Shown here piece by piece: positions 25,681-37,880 of a DNA stretch of 64,000 bases. How positions within the stretch are numbered: the stretch's first letter is position 1; each line of letters begins with the position of its first letter. Source of the DNA: Camelus dromedarius. Taxonomy: Eukaryota. The DNA is taken from contig NC_087437.1 of the NCBI RefSeq assembly GCF_036321535.1, positions 67,334,001-67,398,000 of the forward strand, given 5' to 3'. The notes under the pieces are model-generated. The model saw only the letters and a program-made list of their open reading frames with translations. It had not been told where the DNA came from and did not search any database. Position numbers and translations under genes: made by a program.

Positions 25681-28600
25681 CCTGAGTTTGGGAGGTGGAG
25701 TAGAGGATGCTAAATGGCTACTGTGTCAACAGTTGAGGGACAGGTGTGTTTGCATCCACCAGCTTCTGTGTCAGGAACGCAGAGCCTGAGTCCCTTAATG
25801 TTTTCTTTCCTCATCCCCTGATCCCTTTCTTATATGTCTCCTATTAAAACTTATGTAGAAAGGACTTCTCTGCTGTCTCTATTTCATTTACCTCTTTTAC
25901 TTTGAGTAAGTCTTAGATTGATTGACTAAGGAATCTAGCAAGCAATAAAAAAAATTCTTCTCTTGTATAGAAAATAGTCAATATTTATTTAGTATTTCAT
26001 TTATTCTCTGCATTTTTTTGGTATATTATAACTCAGAAGTTGAAAATGGAATCATCTTTCCCTTAGTTTCAGGGGATGTGACCTGTGTTTCCTTGGCTAG
26101 AGGCATAGCAACCTCTCATGGAAGTGATAGTAGAAAGTGGATGGTGAACTCTTTGAGGCAAGTCCTGCCTTGCTTATCTCTGCAACTCTTCATTCTTGGC
26201 ACAGAAGAGATGCTTGGTACTGGTTATTGAGCTAAAGTAGGTACCATGAAGAGCAGCTTCTCTTTCATTCCCTGAAACTTTACTCTGCGAACAAGTGGGC
26301 AGCTATTAATGTAGTCAGTAAGCCTAATTTGATTTTGATAAATTCATAGAAATTCTGCCCATTCATAGCATCACCACTTTCAGCATTTGAGGAGAACTTA
26401 GAGTTCAGTTCCTCCAAATTTGCCTTCAGAACGGAGCTAAAAATGTCTCAAAATCTAGAAACAATAGGTAAAACTAACAATATGGGATTTAGTAGGAATT
26501 CAGTCAACATTCTATGACAATTTTTTGAATCTATCCTGTGTGAAAAGCTAGTTGAGAATGAGTTTGTAAAAATACAAAAGATCTTGGTGTCAGTTTCTTA
26601 ACAAGGGTATGTGAGACTGGCTTCAATATTACAAAAGAAAAAAGTTAATTATACTTATTCATTCATTTATTCATAGACTCAACTACATGATTTACTCACT
26701 GACCAGGTCAGTTGAGCATATAATGTAACGGGCACAGCAGATGATGAAGAGCTGTCCAGGTAGAAAAAACTGGAGACTTTAGTTAACCAGTCCAGCTTGT
26801 GGGCTCCCAGTGATGAGCTCCTCTTTGCCTCCCAGAGTGAGCCATACATTTTAAAACAGCTCCCTAAAAAATTCTTATTAAATATTAACTTTAATACACT
26901 GGTCCTTAAAAAAAACACTGGTGCTAATACTACCATATGAAAAACTAGAAGATTATAATTCCTTTCTACATTATAACCCTGAAATAATTGTTGGGAGCCC
27001 CTGCTTATCTTTAAAAACTTAATTTGAGCATGTCCTCTGTGAAGTCTCTGTGAAACTCCCCAGGAATTGTTCCTTCTCCTTTATTACTATGGGTGTGTAG
27101 TCCTAAAACTTACTAGAATATCATCCTAAGTGATAATTAAAAATACAGATTCTAGAGCTACAGTTTAGTATCTTACAAAAGCTCCCCAGAAAATCCTGAG
27201 GCAGGTGGTTCTCAGGCTAGTCTTTGTTGGCTACTGTGTAGAGGGGATGAGCTTGATTAATTGTGCACTTACTACGTGCTCTAGTTATCCTTGTTTTCAG
27301 TCGTTTTTGATATCCCCTAGGATTTACGACACTGCATTATACATGACGGGATCTCCAAAAGTGACTATCCAATGAGTGAATGAGTGGAGTGTCAGGAAAA
27401 GGCTTAATGCTGACATGGGTACCACTCTCTGAGGTGGGGAAACTAAACCAAGATTTTTAGAAAGGCTCTAGGTTACGTCTTCATTGCTGCATCTGAGTCA
27501 GAGTGCTAGAGGGACTAGGGCATTTCCCTAAGAGCTAGGAAACTTGGCTAACAGGCACAGCTTGCCACCAAATCACTGCTGGGGCCCAAGGTTTCTCCTT
27601 TGTAAAGAGAAGGAACTTGCCTGTATAACACATTGGCTTGCTTCTGGTACTGCAACGTACGTACAGTCCCTGATACATCAGCTTCTGGACCAGGATGAAG
27701 GGGAGGATGATTGAGCTGGGCGCTCAGCAGCATATTGGTGAGGTATTGGCCACTGTGTCTAGTGGTCTCATACTGTAGCTGGAGGAGTGACGTTTATTCA
27801 AAAACTCCTCTCTCTCTCCTCATTCAAGCAGAGTGAGTGAGGGGGGAAGGTGGACTGGTCAACTAAATCAGGCCCTTTTGAATTTTTTAGAGGTTCTTTT
27901 TCATCTGTTGGTTAGCAGCTCAGTAAAGATTCACCAAAAATTTCATTGAAGGGACAGCGAGGCCCTTCATTTCAGAGACTTGCTTTGAATGGTTTGAAAC
28001 AGTTACCACCTAATGGCTCTGCTGTATTCCTGGCGCCCTGAGCATCTGTTTAACATTCAAGCTGTGTAGAGCCAGTCAGAGCTCCCAGCAGAGAAGGGAA
28101 TTAACTGTTTGGTGTATTTTAATAAGTGAGTGAGCAAAGATCATGTGAATCGATTATCAATTTGGCTAACTTTCTTGCAGGGCTTGTGTAGAAGAATTAA
28201 ATGCAAACAGACTGCATGTTTACCAAAGAGGAAAGCTCCTTGAAGTGGGCATTAGGATTCTCGGATGTGATTTTTGTAATGCATTGGAGCTTTTTATCCC
28301 CTTTCCTTATTTCTGTGAAGAACATGTGTTGGAAATGAAGGTGGAAATCACTTAAAAATATGATTAGATATGGGACTAGCATACAGAGTACCTGTTTCTC
28401 TAATGGGTATATCTGAGACCTTCCCAGGATCTCCCTGCTAGTCCAGAGGTTACTCTCAGAGCCTCGGGCTCTAGGGACACTTGAGGACAACACTGAGTTC
28501 ATACTGACACTGGGTGGGGTGCCTGCATTTAAGAGGGGTCCTATTTATTCCATCGTACTTGCTGGAGGAAAAGTAGCAAAGACGTAGTACCACAAAGCTG

Positions 28601-28914
28601 AACTGAATGGATTTTACCTCCAGGATGTTTGCTATTTGAGAGTAGAGGGAAGAGGAGACTTAGAATGAAATTTGATTCTGATCCTTCCCTCTTACTCTTC
28701 TTCCTCTATCTTCTCTGTCCTCGTTCTTTGCTTTCTAATGGGGAAGCACAGCTGTTTATATATTCATGGCTGGTGAACATTGTTCCTCTATCTGAGAAGG
28801 CCACTTGAGGAGAGGGAGGCACATGGACCTGTGAGAAAGGAAGGGACCAAGGTCTTGGCCAACCACATCCCTGAACCAGCATCTTCCTCTGTTCCCCCTT
28901 TTCACTTGGGGACA

Positions 28915-29035
28915 TCTCTGATGGTGCCTGGCACAGGTATGTGTCATTCTGTCTGTTACTTACTGCTGTTCTCTGAGCATAGTACTAGACATGTAGTAGC
29001 TACTCAATCGCTGCTGTTGAATGACTGAATGGATA
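28915..29035 (+). mobile_element. L2 LINE 3' end
   Basis: GTGCCTGGCACAG...ACTCAAT...GTTGAATGACTGAATG tail. Confidence 0.55.
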
Positions 29036-30594
29036 ATCTCCTATAGCTATGAAGTGATAAACATCCTTTTTTTTTTTTTTCACATTTTCAACTGTTGGAC
29101 CTTTCCAGGTATTCCTAAATACCTAAGCTGTGTTGTCAAGTGCTGGCTTTCAAGTGACTGTTCAGTTGAATTTTAAAATCTAGAGATGGAATGTTTTATT
29201 TTGTTATTATTGGGTCAAGCACACTGGAAAGCCAGAAGCTTACTGGGTCCAAGGAGGAGATGCTGATCTTAATAAAGCATGAGAATTGAAGTGACAGTGA
29301 CATGTCACATTCTTTATACCTTCAAGAAGTGAACACAGATATCCAAGGCAGCAAATTCATAGTAAAGTGATGAAGGTTCAAATAGGAGTTTGGGGAAAGA
29401 ATGAAAGGAATGGAGAAAAGGAGCTGTTGTGCTTTTCCTGATTAGTGAAAGAATAGAGGTCCTGTGCGGGGCTGGCTCTGGACAGTGGAAAGGGTCGGGG
29501 TTGGAGAGTCTCTGTCTTCTTGCTGGTATCCTCTGCTGCTGCCGCTGCCCCTCCCCTCACGTCTCCCAGGTTGTCACACTCAACACCTGGAATGCTTGGC
29601 CCCCGTTTCCTGGCTTTTCCCCACTCTGCATGTCAGAACTCCCCAGACTTGTGTCTGCCTCACTAGGGCTTGCTTGGTTGATCAAATTGCCTGTATTTGA
29701 TGAATTAAATTGTAGTAAGACCTGAAGGTTTGGTATTTTACTTTCTAGGGTTATTTGCATTTTAACTGGGTATGCATGGACTCTTGGTTTAGCTCAAAGA
29801 AATAAATTACTGATGCTTGAATTTCCAACCAGGCAGGCTGGCGGGGCAGATACTTTTCTCAGGTCTGTTCCAGTGTCAGCCCTCAGATCAGGTGACTGGA
29901 CGTAGCACATTTCTTTGCCTTCCTCTTTTCTCTTCTGCTGCTTTTTCTATTTTCTTTCCTTCCTCTACCTACTCCTCATCTTCCTCCTTCTATTCCTCTT
30001 TTTCTTCCAATTCTTCTTTTTAAAGGTCTGAGTAGACCCCGGAGTCTGAAGCTACACTCAGCATTGCTTTGTGGTTAAGGGAAAGCCTTCAGAGTGTCCT
30101 TGGTCTTAGAACTACATGGGAAATGGGGATAGTTGTGAGCAAGTCAGCAGAAAGAAACTCTGAGACTGAGTGCTTTGGGCTTCAGGTTTGTCCCTTCTAA
30201 ATTGCCATCACCTTTACACCTTGGTAAGCTAAGAATGGCCTCAGAGTTTTCTGTTTCCTAACATAGGAGGGTTGTGATGCGGAGGATTTGGGTCACTGTG
30301 TCTCTCCTCTGGGGAAGACAGAACCAGAAGAACAGGGTTAAACGCAGCAGTAGACATAACATTAGCTTAGAAGGAAACCTCCTGATGGGTATCATTTGTG
30401 TAAATAATTGCGAGTGGTAGTAATACCATTGCTATTTCAGTAGCTATCTACAAGGAGTCACCTTTGTTATCTGTGGTTACATAAAATTATGGCTGGAAGG
30501 CAGGGGCCTTCGTTGGCCTTGGGAAACTTTAGAGGCCTAAATGGCTTCAATGATGTTACTATTTCTTCTCATCAGTGAATGGCGTACTCTAGAT

Positions 30595-31051
30595 CTGTAC
30601 CTTTCAGTATGGTAGCCACTAGCCACAGTGGTTGCTGAGCATGTGAAATGTGGCTAGCCCAAACTGAAATGTACTATAAGTATAAAATATAATCTGGGTT
30701 TTGAAGGTTTTCTAAATAAAACCTTCAAAAAGGAATGTCAAATATATTGTTTTGTTTAATATGGATTATAATATATATAAAATTTTGATACATTGGGTTA
30801 AATAAAAGATACTGTTAAAATTATTTTCAATTAGTAGTTACTAGAAGAGAAAATCATCTTACCAAGTAGGAAAGGAAAACCTGATCCTTTAAAAAGTCCT
30901 CAGTAAAAAAAAAAAAAAAAGTTTAGCATCTTTTTGATGAAGCTAAAGAAAGGAAACTCCAGGGTTTATTCAATGTAGTTAGTAGAAAATTTAAAATTAC
31001 ATGTGTGGGTCACATCTGTGGTGGGCGTTTTACTTCTGTTAGACAGCACTG
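30595..31051 (-). mobile_element. MER33-like hAT-Charlie MITE with a ~140-bp internal insertion
   Basis: GGTAGCCACTAGCCACA...TGAAATGTGGCTAG, TTGGGTTAAATAAAA, TAGAAAATTTAAAATTACATGTGTGG...GACAGCACTG. Confidence 0.85.
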
Positions 31052-31576
31052 ATGTGAATCAGACACATTTTCAATGCACAGGTTTTTAAACATCAAAAAG
31101 ACATTAAGTCATATTTTAAATTCATCCATTTCACTGGATGTGTTTCATTATTACTCCCAAAGTTTGCTTTGTTATCAGTACAAGGACTTGGTGACAGGCC
31201 TCTTGGATGTCACTTCTTGGAAATGTCTGGAGGCACATCGTCCCCTGGGTGTTCAGGAGGCTTTGATCAGGATCTCCCACTTCTAGGGACGTGGCATGGA
31301 AGCTTTAAAGGACAGCTTTTTTTTTTTTTTTTTGCCCCTGGATAAATATTTAATTTTTTGAAAGAGAACATCATATTTTGTGTACTTCAAGAAAAATTAT
31401 ATCTTTAATGAAAATGATGAGAATTCCTTGGATTACCAGTGAAGTCTGAGAGTGTCTCACCTTGGGATGGTTCAGAGCCTCATTTCCCTTCAGGATTTCT
31501 TCTCTCCTGTAGGATATTGGCATTAATACCTGCCCAGATAGCAAGTTAGACCACAAGAGCTATGCTCTAATCTGCG

Positions 31577-32003
31577 TGTATTACTTGAGATTGGATTTGG
31601 CTGATGGTAATAAAACCCAACAAACAGGGGCTTTAAAAAGAGAGAAGCTTTCATCATCTCCCCTGTAAGAAACGTGGTAGTGTGAGCCCCTGGGTGCCGT
31701 AGGGGGTCTGTTCTACTGTGTCCTCAGGGATCTACGAGGCTCCTTCCAGCTCCTGCTCTCCTATCCTGCATGGGGCTCTCTCCCTCATGCTCCCAGAACG
31801 TGGAGAAGGGGAAGGCACAGAAGAGAAGAGGGGCAGAGTTGGTGTGATAGCTGTTCCTTAAAAGTTTCAAAAACCACACCACAAGGGTCTTCACATCCTG
31901 TTGGCCAGACTTTGGTCTGAGTGGCTGTACACTGAGCTAACCTTTCTGTGGCTATGAGAGAAAGACAGGATGGATGTTGTGGGACAGTTAGCAGTCTTTG
32001 CAG
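31577..32003 (-). mobile_element. MLT1J-like MaLR LTR
   Basis: TGTATT start, CAGGGATCT...GGCTCCTTCCAGCTCCTGCTCT, CACATCCTGTTGGCCAGA, and end GGATGTTGTGGGACAGTTAGCAGTCT. Confidence 0.7.
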
Positions 32004-33049
32004 CTCGTGTTGTTACCCTTTATAAGCTTTCCTTTATTACACAGTAATATTCTGTCACTTCAGAGCTGGCCACAGAATTACCTCATCCAGCTCCATGTAG
32101 AAAAGCAGGAAAGCCTGGTTCATGTTTGGCCCTGCTTCTTAAGAGAAGCCAAGTTATTTCTGGAGGATAGCTGTCCTGTGTGATAAAATAATAGCACTTT
32201 ACATTTGGGGAGGGGTGAGGCTATTAACCTGTGAACTGGATTTTGTGCATTTAGGATACCAAGAGCTTGACAGTAATAGTCCAGTGGGGTTGGCCTGGTC
32301 CCTATAAATATTTGGCGGGGGTTCTTCACCATGGGAATTAATGAATATAAGAGAAGAATTTTCTTCGCATGCCTGAACTCACCCTTTAGAAGGAGGATAA
32401 ATGTCTTCGGTATGGTTACCAGCTTACGCCTAGGCCAGCCAAGCTAGGCACGGCTAGCAGACCGAGGGGACCAGCGTGCAGTATGTCTTCTCTCGTCATG
32501 GAGGTTTGAGGGGCTCAGAAGAGTGTGGAACGTGTGTGTCCCTTCCTGCTGTCAGCGCGTTGTTCCTTGTTCACCACCCAAGGGCATTGTGTTGCTACCA
32601 GACCCATACTAGAGGTCACCAAGGTTTCAGTGGAATCTTATTATTTTGTTTATATTTGGCTTTCCTGGAAAAATTGCTTTTCTGTCTATTCTGGTTGCTG
32701 TGTACAGAATTCCCATCATTCCATAAGCATTTACAAAATTTGAATTTTCTTTTCAGTGGGAAAATTCCTTTCTCTAGGTTCATCAAAAAGACTCTAAACT
32801 TTAAAAAAATTTTTTACTGAGCACTTTTTAAAGGATTAGCTTTTCCTTTCCTACTTGGTAAGATGATTTTCTTTTCACAAATTATTGCATTAAAGCTTTG
32901 AAGAGAAAGTCATTCCTTTAATGTTAGATAAAGCATATTTATAGCTTCTTTAAAAGGTCCCCAATTTAACAAATTTGTGTGATTTCACAATCTTCACACA
33001 CACTTTCCCAGATATTTATTGTAGTACATGTCGAGATGCATGTGTAATT

Positions 33050-33272
33050 TTGAGTCAGATTAATTTTGGTTTAAATACCCTCTATTTTTTCTCGCTTTGC
33101 CACTTTTGCTGTTTGGTCTTGGTCAAGTCACTGAGCTGTTCTCAGTCCTCACTGCAAAATCATTTTCCTGACGTCCACCTTGCAGGGTTATGAAGGTGGA
33201 AATAATCTATGTAAAGCACTTAATGTAATGTCTGACATTAAAAAAAAAGCTCAATACGCTCTGTTGTTATTC
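33050..33272 (+). mobile_element. MIR SINE
   Basis: GAGTCAGA...TTTGCCACTT...CTTGGTCAAGTCACT...ATGTAAAGCACTT...GCTCAATA. Confidence 0.75.
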
Positions 33273-33865
33273 TTTCAGGCATCAGATCCTACTCCACATA
33301 GTGTTGCAGATTTTTTCCAGTTTCCACACTGTCGTATTCCAAAGGGATATTATTTCTTGTGAGTTAAAATCCTTACCTCTCTTTTTGACTCCTCTTTTCC
33401 ACCCTTTATTCCTTCCTTCTTTTTTTCACTTTCCCCCTTCCCTCTTTTCCTTTTTTATCTCCCATCTTCTGCTGTCTTCTTTCAGATGTAAAATCCTTCA
33501 GTTACTTTTGCACCATTGGTTCAGTATTTTACTTATCACAATGTCCTTTTGGTTATTATAGACTAGGACTCTGTACCTGGATTTCAAGTACAAAGAGTGT
33601 CAAATCATCCTTTGATTTTGTTCAGCTGTAATTGTCAGTTTGCATCTGATACCTTCACGATGTAGGGGTTAAGCTGAATGAAGCAGGTTTGGGTTTCCTC
33701 CGGGTGTTGACAATAGGCTGTTGACGAGAAGATCAGATCCTGAGCCTCTAGCTCTCTCCCGCTTCTTGTTTCTTTGCTTTGGGGGTTGGGAAAGCAACTG
33801 GCAAGTCAAGGCGATGGATGGAGCAGGGTAGGAGTAAAGAGCGAGATCCCAGGCTCTGCAGAGTC

Positions 33866-33939
33866 CTGTTGCTAGGCAACAGCATGCAGGGAGCAGACAC
33901 ATGCATATGCCTGCTAGCATCCTGTTGTCTTGGCAACAG
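33866..33939. promoter_or_regulatory. Paired RFX X-box motifs within a 74-bp imperfect palindrome
   Basis: GTTGCTAGGCAAC (33868-33880) and GTTGTCTTGGCAAC (33924-33937). Confidence 0.6.
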
Positions 33940-36900
33940 AATATTTGGGTGGAGAACTAGGGGAGGATGGAAACTGGGTTCAAATTATTCAAATTTCCCC
34001 AGATTCTAGGGTACTCCCAAGCCTGAACCCCTTGTCTTCATTGTCTCAGTCTTCCCTTATTCACTGAGTTTTCCATGCTTTTTTCTTAAATTCATCACCC
34101 AACTTTTATAAAAGGTCTTTTCTCAGAGCTCTACATTACCCAGGTCACATGACAGCTCATTAGACTCTATCCACCTCCAAGTCCTCTGGTGCTCCGCATG
34201 GCAGGGCCTATTTTATGGAATTTAAAAATAATTCCTTGCTCTGAGTGCTGCCCTGTGGGACAGAAATTACATGGTCACTTGTATGGAAATTTAAATTCTA
34301 GTTGTTTGGTATGTGAAATGTTGCTAAGTCATTACTATTAGATCCAAGGCCGTCACTGTGAACTTTTCATTCAGTTATAAAGAATAAGAAAAAGGATAGA
34401 GGACAGGATGGTCTCTCTTCTTCTGTTGAACTCTGTGATGTTCAGGAATGATTACATTTTTACCCATCAGTACTTCACACTTGTCCATAATCCCCTAAGT
34501 GCTGGGGCTATGTCTTCTTCATCTCTAAGTTCTTTATTTTTAGGTGATCTATCCCTGCCACAGGTCCTGGCACGTGGTAGGTGAACTTATTAAATGGATG
34601 ACCTTGGAACCCATACTATGTGATTTACTGTAAGTGAAAAATACTTTGAAACTATTCAGTGAATTGTATAAATATTAGTTTCTGTTCTTGCATGCCTGGC
34701 TCTAATCCTGTGCCCTTTAGTTCTTGAGACCACTTCCTGCCTCTGGACCCCTGTGTTGGTAACTAGGTCCCTATCTTGCTCTCTCAAATCTTATGCTTTG
34801 CCTTGAAGACCTGTCTTGCCCAATTTCTTATGGTTAAGACCTTAGCTGTTCCCATCTGCCCCAGAGGCCTTGTAAACCAGCCCTATGGCTAAGGTTTCTG
34901 CCCCCAGCTTTCAGGTTTTCCTGATTCTGCCTATTGGCTCTTCTGCATTTTGTTTTACCTTAGGATAGCCACCATTCTGTTCTGCTGTCCCAATGCTATA
35001 TTTATAATTTCAGGACTCTGAAGCCGTTTGCTTGTCTTGGCTCCCAGCTGTTGTCTGTGGACGCTTGGTACTCCCCTGGGGAAGGGCTCAATTTTAGATC
35101 TTTCCCCACTGTAGCCAATCCTTTTATTTCGGGTGTGTCTGGTGGGACCATTTCTAGCCATTTTCTTTTCTATAACGATAGCAACTTTGGCTCGTCTGCC
35201 TGCCCATCAGACCCCACTTTGCTTACATTGGCCTTCATAGGAGATCATACAACCACTATGAAAACAAAACAAAACTTTTCTATAATGTGATCCAGTTGAG
35301 TACTTTACTTACTGACTTATGCTATTATTTAACTTGTTCATACCAAACATATGCCATTAGATGTAGAAAAAAAACCCTAATGTTTAAAAAAAACCCTACT
35401 CAGTGTTGAGCACAGGGTTAAGCAAGCACATAGTTTTCAAATAAGATATGCTTCTTGAATTAAATTGAATGTAAGTTTTAATATTTACCAGTGAGATTGA
35501 GATAGAACTTTCTTTTGCTAAACCTTTGAACTTCTTCCAATGTGGAAGTTAACACCATATGGCCCAGGATCTCAAGGAGATGATTAGGATCCTAAGTATC
35601 AGAGGAGGAACTAGTTCTCTTTCAGTGGTACATTTTCTTTAGACCAGCTTTACATTTTGGTTCTAAATGCCCTGTTTGAATTGGTGCACATCTTCCCATA
35701 TTTGTAATGGAAACTAATGATATTCTAGTCCAAACATACCTAAATGAGTCTCTCAAATAGCCCTAATGGGGCCCCTGCCCCAGATACCTGCATGGGACGA
35801 GAAGACAGTGTGTCTGGAGTTAGTGATCCTAGCAGGCTGGAAATCCAATGGTCCATCCATGGGAAATTTTCATTTAGAACAATTTGAAAGTTGTATAAAC
35901 CATGTCAAACCATACACTTATTATATATATGATATACATACACCAATGTGTATGTATGTATGTATATATATATATATATATATATATGAAACATATGCAT
36001 GTATGAACATTTATTTTTTCCGAGACTCAATCAAGAGAAAGATATTTATCTACAAGTAAATCACGAACCCACTGAAAACTGAAGACATTAAAAGAGAGAA
36101 ATGAAGCTTGGCTTTGTGTTTGTGTCCCTACATCTTGGTCTCCTTCTCTCTCCTACCGGTTTCCTTATTCTACTAGAATAGGTTCTCTCTGCAGATTTTC
36201 CTAATCCTTCTTCAGGTGATACAGCAGCTGCTTGCCCCCTTGTTTGTAAAGAGACATTAACTCACAGATAGGTGCAAAGCTTGCATGTGATCCTCGTCAG
36301 GTCCCCCAAAGGTAGCATATGGGGTGAGGCAATCCAGAGTTGGAGCCAGGTGGGGACATTGGTACTGCTTTGCCAAGGATTATGGTGCGGTTGATCTGGG
36401 GAGGAGCAGAGGGAGAGAAATTCTCCTTTCCTAACATTGTGCTAATGTTAAGCCCCTTCTGCAGGACTCTGTTTTGCAGAAGAGTGCTTGGAAGAAGTAG
36501 GCAGAACAACTCGCTGACATTGCTAGTCTATTGAACTATAACGAGACTCTTTCCCCCTGAGTGTTTACATGCATACAAAGCCGGTCTCTCCAAAGAATTT
36601 GACCAAACCAACTGGAATCTGTCCTATTTTGAAAGGTCTGTTCTGCCCATCCAGGGGAATATGTGTGTGGCTCCAAGTCACAGCTACTGCCTACAAATCA
36701 CCACCACATTTTCCCTGGAGAAAGTGCCCCACAGTGTCAAGTTCTTGCCTTTCAAATAATGAGGAAAATTTACATTTATGGCCATCATTAAATTTCACTT
36801 CAGTCATTGAAAAATGATTAACAAAAAAGATTTCCATGCTTCTTATCAACAGCTATAAAATAAACCAAGGCTGTCTGTTTGTTTATCAGGAAATTAAGAC

Positions 36901-37317
36901 TCCTCAGAGTTGTGAGGCGAGACCAGAGACAAGTGCCAGGGCACTTTTGGGAGTCCTCCAGAATGATGGAGAACCACATTCCATCTCCACTGTGGCTTTG
37001 CGGCGTAGTAATAGGAGGTACTTTTCCAGGACATGGTGTTGCTCCTGAATCCCCTGCCTTCCTCACCTCTTCCTGCTCCACAGGGCTCTGGAGATGCAGA
37101 CAAGGCTCTGCAATGCTCACCTCCAAAACAGACCTCTAGGGAGCCCTTGGCGGGACAGTACTGTCATTAATACTCTATGATTTGAAGATCCTAGCAGATG
37201 CCTGTGTCCTCAAAACTCATATTTCATATGAGACTTCATGTGATGCTCTTCTTGTGATGCATGTATGATATAGAAACCACTGCTGCTACAGAATCATCCA
37301 TGAAAAAGTGACCCTCT

Positions 37318-37880
37318 TGTTGTGGGACACAAAACAGTGGTCTCAAGTGGTAAAAGAATGTACCAAAGACCACAAGGATTTAAGAACAAAGGGAAAGTTT
37401 AATAGATACACTGCTGTAGGAAACAGTGGGCCACAGAGGAGAGGTGCCTGCGTGAGCACCGAGGGTGACCGTGCAGGGTCTTTTATTGGGGGAGGGGGCT
37501 GTGCACACAGGGGGTAGGGGCTGCATGATCAGTTCATGCACAGGTACCTGATTGGTTGTAAGATCTGTCAGAGGCTACTCAGAGTAATAGGATTTATGAC
37601 TCTGAGAAGGGCGGGATGATCTGTCAGCCTAGGGTATTATGAGACAGGCTATCTCCTGGGGGGTTAGTTTTCTTAGGGTAAACACACATCAAGGGAAGAT
37701 GTTTTTATCTTGCAGAAATGCAGGTATGCGGAGGAGAGTCCTGCAGTGGGGAGTGGGGGTTAAGGTGTCAGTAGGCTCCAGGCACACAAAGAGCCCAGGG
37801 GTGAGGGTCTCATGGACTTCAGAGTGACTTCAGAGAGCGCCTGCTGGTTCCACATTCCCAGAGTACCAGCCAGCTCCACA
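37318..37880 (-). mobile_element. Probable ERV solo LTR (right boundary uncertain, ~37787-37880)
   Basis: TGTTGTGGG start; on the minus strand CCAAT box, AATAAAA TATA-like element and ATTAAA polyA signal occur in LTR order; possible 5-bp TSD CCTCT/CCTTT. Confidence 0.6.

Noticed and set aside
29297..29308. 12-bp perfect palindrome GTGACATGTCAC
   Set aside because: Palindromes of this length are expected by chance several times in 64 kb
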